DNA from: a virus
Lineage: Duplodnaviria > Caudoviricetes
DNA: 58,892 bases
Direction: 5' to 3' (one strand)
IMG/VR virus record: IMGVR_UViG_3300032320_002219
Coordinates: 1 to 58,892 of that record
Shown here: piece by piece, positions 56,046 to 58,892 of the stretch
How positions within the stretch are numbered: the first letter of the stretch is position 1
Layout of the letters: each line of letters starts with the position of its first letter
Program-made: the position numbers and the translations under genes
Notes under the pieces: generated by a model
What the model was told of the DNA's origin: nothing
The model's database searches: none
Seen by the model: the letters and a program-made list of their open reading frames with translations, nothing else

Positions 56046-57296
56046 CTACTTCAGTTCGTCAATCGACCCGATGATCCTGATATTCGCGGCGCGGCAGATT
56101 GCGACACACTCCTGATGGCAGGGGCCACCCAAGCCGAAATCCCCAACGCCGCCCACTTGCTCATCGCTCACCCAAAAGCGCGGGGCTGGCTGGCGTGCCA
56201 GCCAGCGAAGCGCCGGGCCGTCGATATAGTTTTCGCCACCCGGCAGCGCTCGTCGGACGTCGCCCACCGCTGCGGCGCGGCCACGGTCTGCGGCCACGGC
56301 AATCTTGCCCACAGGCTTGCCGCCCCTCCGGCCACCAGCATAGAACGCGATTTTCGCGGCCGGCGCTTCCCGGAGAATACGCTCGATATCCTCGTCGCAA
56401 TATGACATGGAGCCAGAGTAATCACACAGGATCGTGCCGCCACGGGCGCGGCGCTTCGTTGTGAATATGCTGCCGTCAACGGGCAGCCGATGCACGGCCG
56501 ACGGTATCACGCCAGTGTCGCTGAAGCGCCGGCCAATCGGACGGCGCGGCCGCACGGTCAGCGGCTTTTTCAAGTCTACGATTTCGAGCAGCCGCCCCCA
56601 TTTTCCAGCGCCACGGATGGAGTCTAGTTTGCGCTTCATGGCCGGATCGTCCCCCTCGCCGCGCCTTGCGGGCGGCGGGTCGGCCGGGAATTCCAGGTCA
56701 AAAGCGCGAGCCAGCGGCACGGAGATTTTCGCGAACCCCGTCGGCTTGCGCTTCATGGCAGCGCGTCGGCCACGGAACGGCGAGTAGGTCATGCCGGTAA
56801 TCTCACGCAGCGCCGACACTGCAGCGCCGAGCGCGTCGGCATCGACGCCGGCCGCGACCAGGGCAGCCTGCAGCCGATGAAACTGTTCACGGAGCGGCAT
56901 CAGCGCCATGAGCGCGCCGGCGCAGAGCCGACGGTCGTGGGCGATACCTTTGGCCATCACGGCCATTTCATCATCGGGCAGCGCTTCGGCATCGACCAGA
57001 CCGTGTCGCCCCTGCAGGAGATGGACGCGGTAATCTTCCGCCCACTGCAGCGCCTCGACGGTCGCGCCGTGTTTCTTTGCGGCCGCGCCAGGGTCTAGCC
57101 GGGGCGTGATTTTAGCATGGATCATTTCGTGGTTGCGGATCAGGCGGGCCGTGGCGCTTCCAGACAGCGGCGCGGCCATGAGCGCTTTCTTCATATCCGT
57201 TGCCCCTGTCACGGGCGGGCAATCGTTGACGGTCCATCGACGGCCGTCGATGGCAGCAGGTACGGGGCGGTTTCGGTCCGGCGTAGTCGTGAACAT
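56046..57296 (-). CDS. HExxH + vWA (MIDAS) partner protein
   Basis: HEMIH...ED.R and ILCDYSGSM...VSD. Confidence 0.8.
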   Translation of the reverse strand: MFTTTPDRNRPVPAAIDGRRWTVNDCPPVTGATDMKKALMAAPLSGSATARLIRNHEMIHAKITPRLDPGAAAKKHGATVEALQWAEDYRVHLLQGRHGLVDAEALPDDEMAVMAKGIAHDRRLCAGALMALMPLREQFHRLQAALVAAGVDADALGAAVSALREITGMTYSPFRGRRAAMKRKPTGFAKISVPLARAFDLEFPADPPPARRGEGDDPAMKRKLDSIRGAGKWGRLLEIVDLKKPLTVRPRRPIGRRFSDTGVIPSAVHRLPVDGSIFTTKRRARGGTILCDYSGSMSYCDEDIERILREAPAAKIAFYAGGRRGGKPVGKIAVAADRGRAAAVGDVRRALPGGENYIDGPALRWLARQPAPRFWVSDEQVGGVGDFGLGGPCHQECVAICRAANIRIIGSIDELK

Positions 57297-57378
57297 ATCG
57301 GCGAGTCTCCGGGTGGGTGCTTGGATTGAGCCAGCCCCGGCCGGCGACGATGCCGGCCGGGGCGCGAACTACTGGCAA

Positions 57379-58059
57379 CTACTCAGCGGCAGCGACGGCG
57401 AGCGAGTCGAGCACGGCGCGCCAGTCGCGGCCGAAAACCGCCTGAGCGGCAATATCGTCGCCCACCTTGCCGCACAGGGCGGCGAACGCGAGCCACGAGC
57501 GGAGAGTGATACGCTCCCCGTCGGCGGCGCTCACCGTGCCACGGGCGGCATTTCTCAATCGCTCCGGCAGCGCTTCCAGCGCGGCCGGGTTGCAATCTTC
57601 AATCTCGACGCCGGCCGCGAAACGGTCGCGGAGCGCGGGAATCAAGTCTTCCGGCCGGCCATTCATCGTCGCCACGGCATGGAAGCCAGGGGCCGGCCGC
57701 ACGGTCTCACCCGACGGCAGCGTCACCCGGCACGATTCCGGGTTGTCGAGCGCGGCCAGCAGGAACGACAAAGTGTCGCCGCCCGCATGGTCTATCTCAT
57801 TGAGCACAACACGGCAGCCGCGCCGCATTGCCGACACTACGGGGCCATCCTGCCAGACGAATTCACCGCCACGGGGGTGATAGTGCCCACGGAGTTCGGC
57901 CGCAGGGGTTTCGGGGGTGAGCGTGATATTGAAAATATCACCACCACCGGACTGCGCCGCGTACGATTTCCCTGTGCCAGGGGGCCCGTAGAGCAGCGTG
58001 TTGCCCTCGCGAGCAGCCACAATCGTTTCCGCCACCTTCCAAAAGTCGATTTTCGCCAT
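57379..58059 (-). CDS. MoxR/CbbQ-type AAA+ ATPase
   Basis: GPPGTGKS, F.W.DGP, VLNEID, ATMN, ALRDRF. Confidence 0.9.
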   Translation of the reverse strand: MAKIDFWKVAETIVAAREGNTLLYGPPGTGKSYAAQSGGGDIFNITLTPETPAAELRGHYHPRGGEFVWQDGPVVSAMRRGCRVVLNEIDHAGGDTLSFLLAALDNPESCRVTLPSGETVRPAPGFHAVATMNGRPEDLIPALRDRFAAGVEIEDCNPAALEALPERLRNAARGTVSAADGERITLRSWLAFAALCGKVGDDIAAQAVFGRDWRAVLDSLAVAAAE

Positions 58060-58157
58060 GGTTCAGAATCTCCGGGTAGTCAATCGTCCATCATCCGCCG
58101 GCCGGCCGCAGGGGCGAGCGCCCCGAAAACGGCCGGCCGGATTGTGTCGGCCTGTAT

Positions 58158-58319
58158 TTATTCGCCGATCAGACGGCAGAGCGCCTCATCGTCAACGAAG
58201 GAGGAAAAATCCCCGCGCCCCTCGATTTCGCGGGACTCGAGTTCGGCCAGCCGGCCGTCGATCCATGCTTGAAATTGCGCTTCTGTCATCGCTTCGAACG
58301 GGTCTAGGTTGTGTTGCAC
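58158..58319 (-). CDS. 53-aa acidic protein (absent from the ORF track)
   Basis: GTG start with the same CCGGAGA RBS as the AAA and vWA genes. Confidence 0.55.
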   Translation of the reverse strand: MQHNLDPFEAMTEAQFQAWIDGRLAELESREIEGRGDFSSFVDDEALCRLIGE

Positions 58320-58370
58320 GGTATTCAATCTCCGGGGGTTGTTTGCGGCGGTCCTTCCGTCGCACAGTAC

Positions 58371-58400
58371 ATTTTAGGCCAGCCGGTCAAGTCCCGTCAA
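58371..58400 (-). promoter_or_regulatory. sigma70-like promoter of the AAA/vWA operon
   Basis: TTGACG-N18-TAAAAT. Confidence 0.55.
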
Positions 58401-58501
58401 GCGATTTTTGCGTTTTTGCGGTTTCGCGGCCGTACGGCGCTAATTTGCTACCGATGGACACTTGGGTGAAATCGAAAAATGGCCCCAAAAAATCCCCACC
58501 G

Positions 58502-58708
58502 TCAGGGGAGCCAACGGGCGGCGAGCCGGTCAGCCGCGCCGAGCACACGGGCGACGGGGCCGGCGGGCGACGGGGCCGGCGGCATCATGAGCACGGGCGG
58601 CGGCGGCATCATGAGCACGGGCGGCGGCGACGGGGCCGGGGGGCCGGGGGGCAGCATAGGCCAGAGCACGAACGCGGCGAGCGCCGCACGGAGCGTATCA
58701 CGGAGCAT
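58502..58708 (-). CDS. small Pro-rich membrane/secreted peptide
   Basis: RBS GGAGGA; hydrophobic N-terminus; duplicated PPPVLMM. Confidence 0.45.
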   Translation of the reverse strand: MLRDTLRAALAAFVLWPMLPPGPPAPSPPPVLMMPPPPVLMMPPAPSPAGPVARVLGAADRLAARWLP

Positions 58709-58794
58709 CGAGGGTCCTCCACAGGGCCGGCGGGCGGGTTGTGTCCGCCGGTAGCCTATTCATCGGCGCGCGGCTGGCCAGACTTGAGTCGCAC

Positions 58795-58892
58795 CAGGCG
58801 GACGGCGCACCAGGGAGGACGGCGCACCAGGGAGGACGGCGCACCAGGGAGGACGGCGCACCAGGGAGGACGGCGCACCAGGGAGGACGGCG
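58795..58892. repeat. 17-bp tandem array CAGGGAGGACGGCGCAC running off the contig end
   Basis: Four full copies at 58811-58878 plus a partial copy; same unit as 1-68. Confidence 0.97.

Noticed and set aside
55453-56115. Several ORFs spanning the tandem array
   Set aside because: They are open only because the repeats lack stop codons, and they lie past the vWA terminator.
57379-58059. AAA+ protein as a classical sigma54 enhancer-binding protein
   Set aside because: It has no GAFTGA loop or HTH, and its motifs and vWA partner indicate the MoxR/CbbQ type.
1-58892. tRNA genes, reverse transcriptase/DGR, family A/B DNA polymerase, recoded stop codons
   Set aside because: None recognised by eye, and genes read intact in the standard code. 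tRNAscan-SE and HMM searches would be needed to exclude them formally.

Overview
This window looks like an essentially complete, circularly permuted temperate tailed-phage genome (HK97-type head, long non-contractile tail, about 58.9 kb). Both contig ends fall inside the same 17-bp tandem array. The minus strand carries terS-terL-portal-protease-(ADP-ribosyltransferase-like protein)-MCP-neck-tail-TMP-tail fibre, then nucleotide-metabolism genes, an SF2 helicase/prim-pol/UvrD replication block, csrA, a methylase, a glycan-modification cluster, a papain-like peptidase/membrane cassette and an HNH gene. A plus-strand block of small early-type genes (348-6555), a tyrosine integrase and a MoxR-AAA/vWA pair flanked by tandem arrays complete it. 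A Planctomycetota-like host is only an inference from gene content. The most striking unannotated signal is a layered regulatory architecture. (1) A phage csrA, missed by the ORF track, is accompanied by about 10 hairpins presenting ANGGAN hexaloops at or near ribosome-binding sites, including csrA's own. (2) A series of co-oriented sigma54-type (GGCACG-N4-TTGCW) promoters is confined to the early and replication genes. (3) A second recurring GCTAC-N6-ACACAA motif sits upstream of gene starts. All motif scans and family assignments were done by eye and need computational confirmation.
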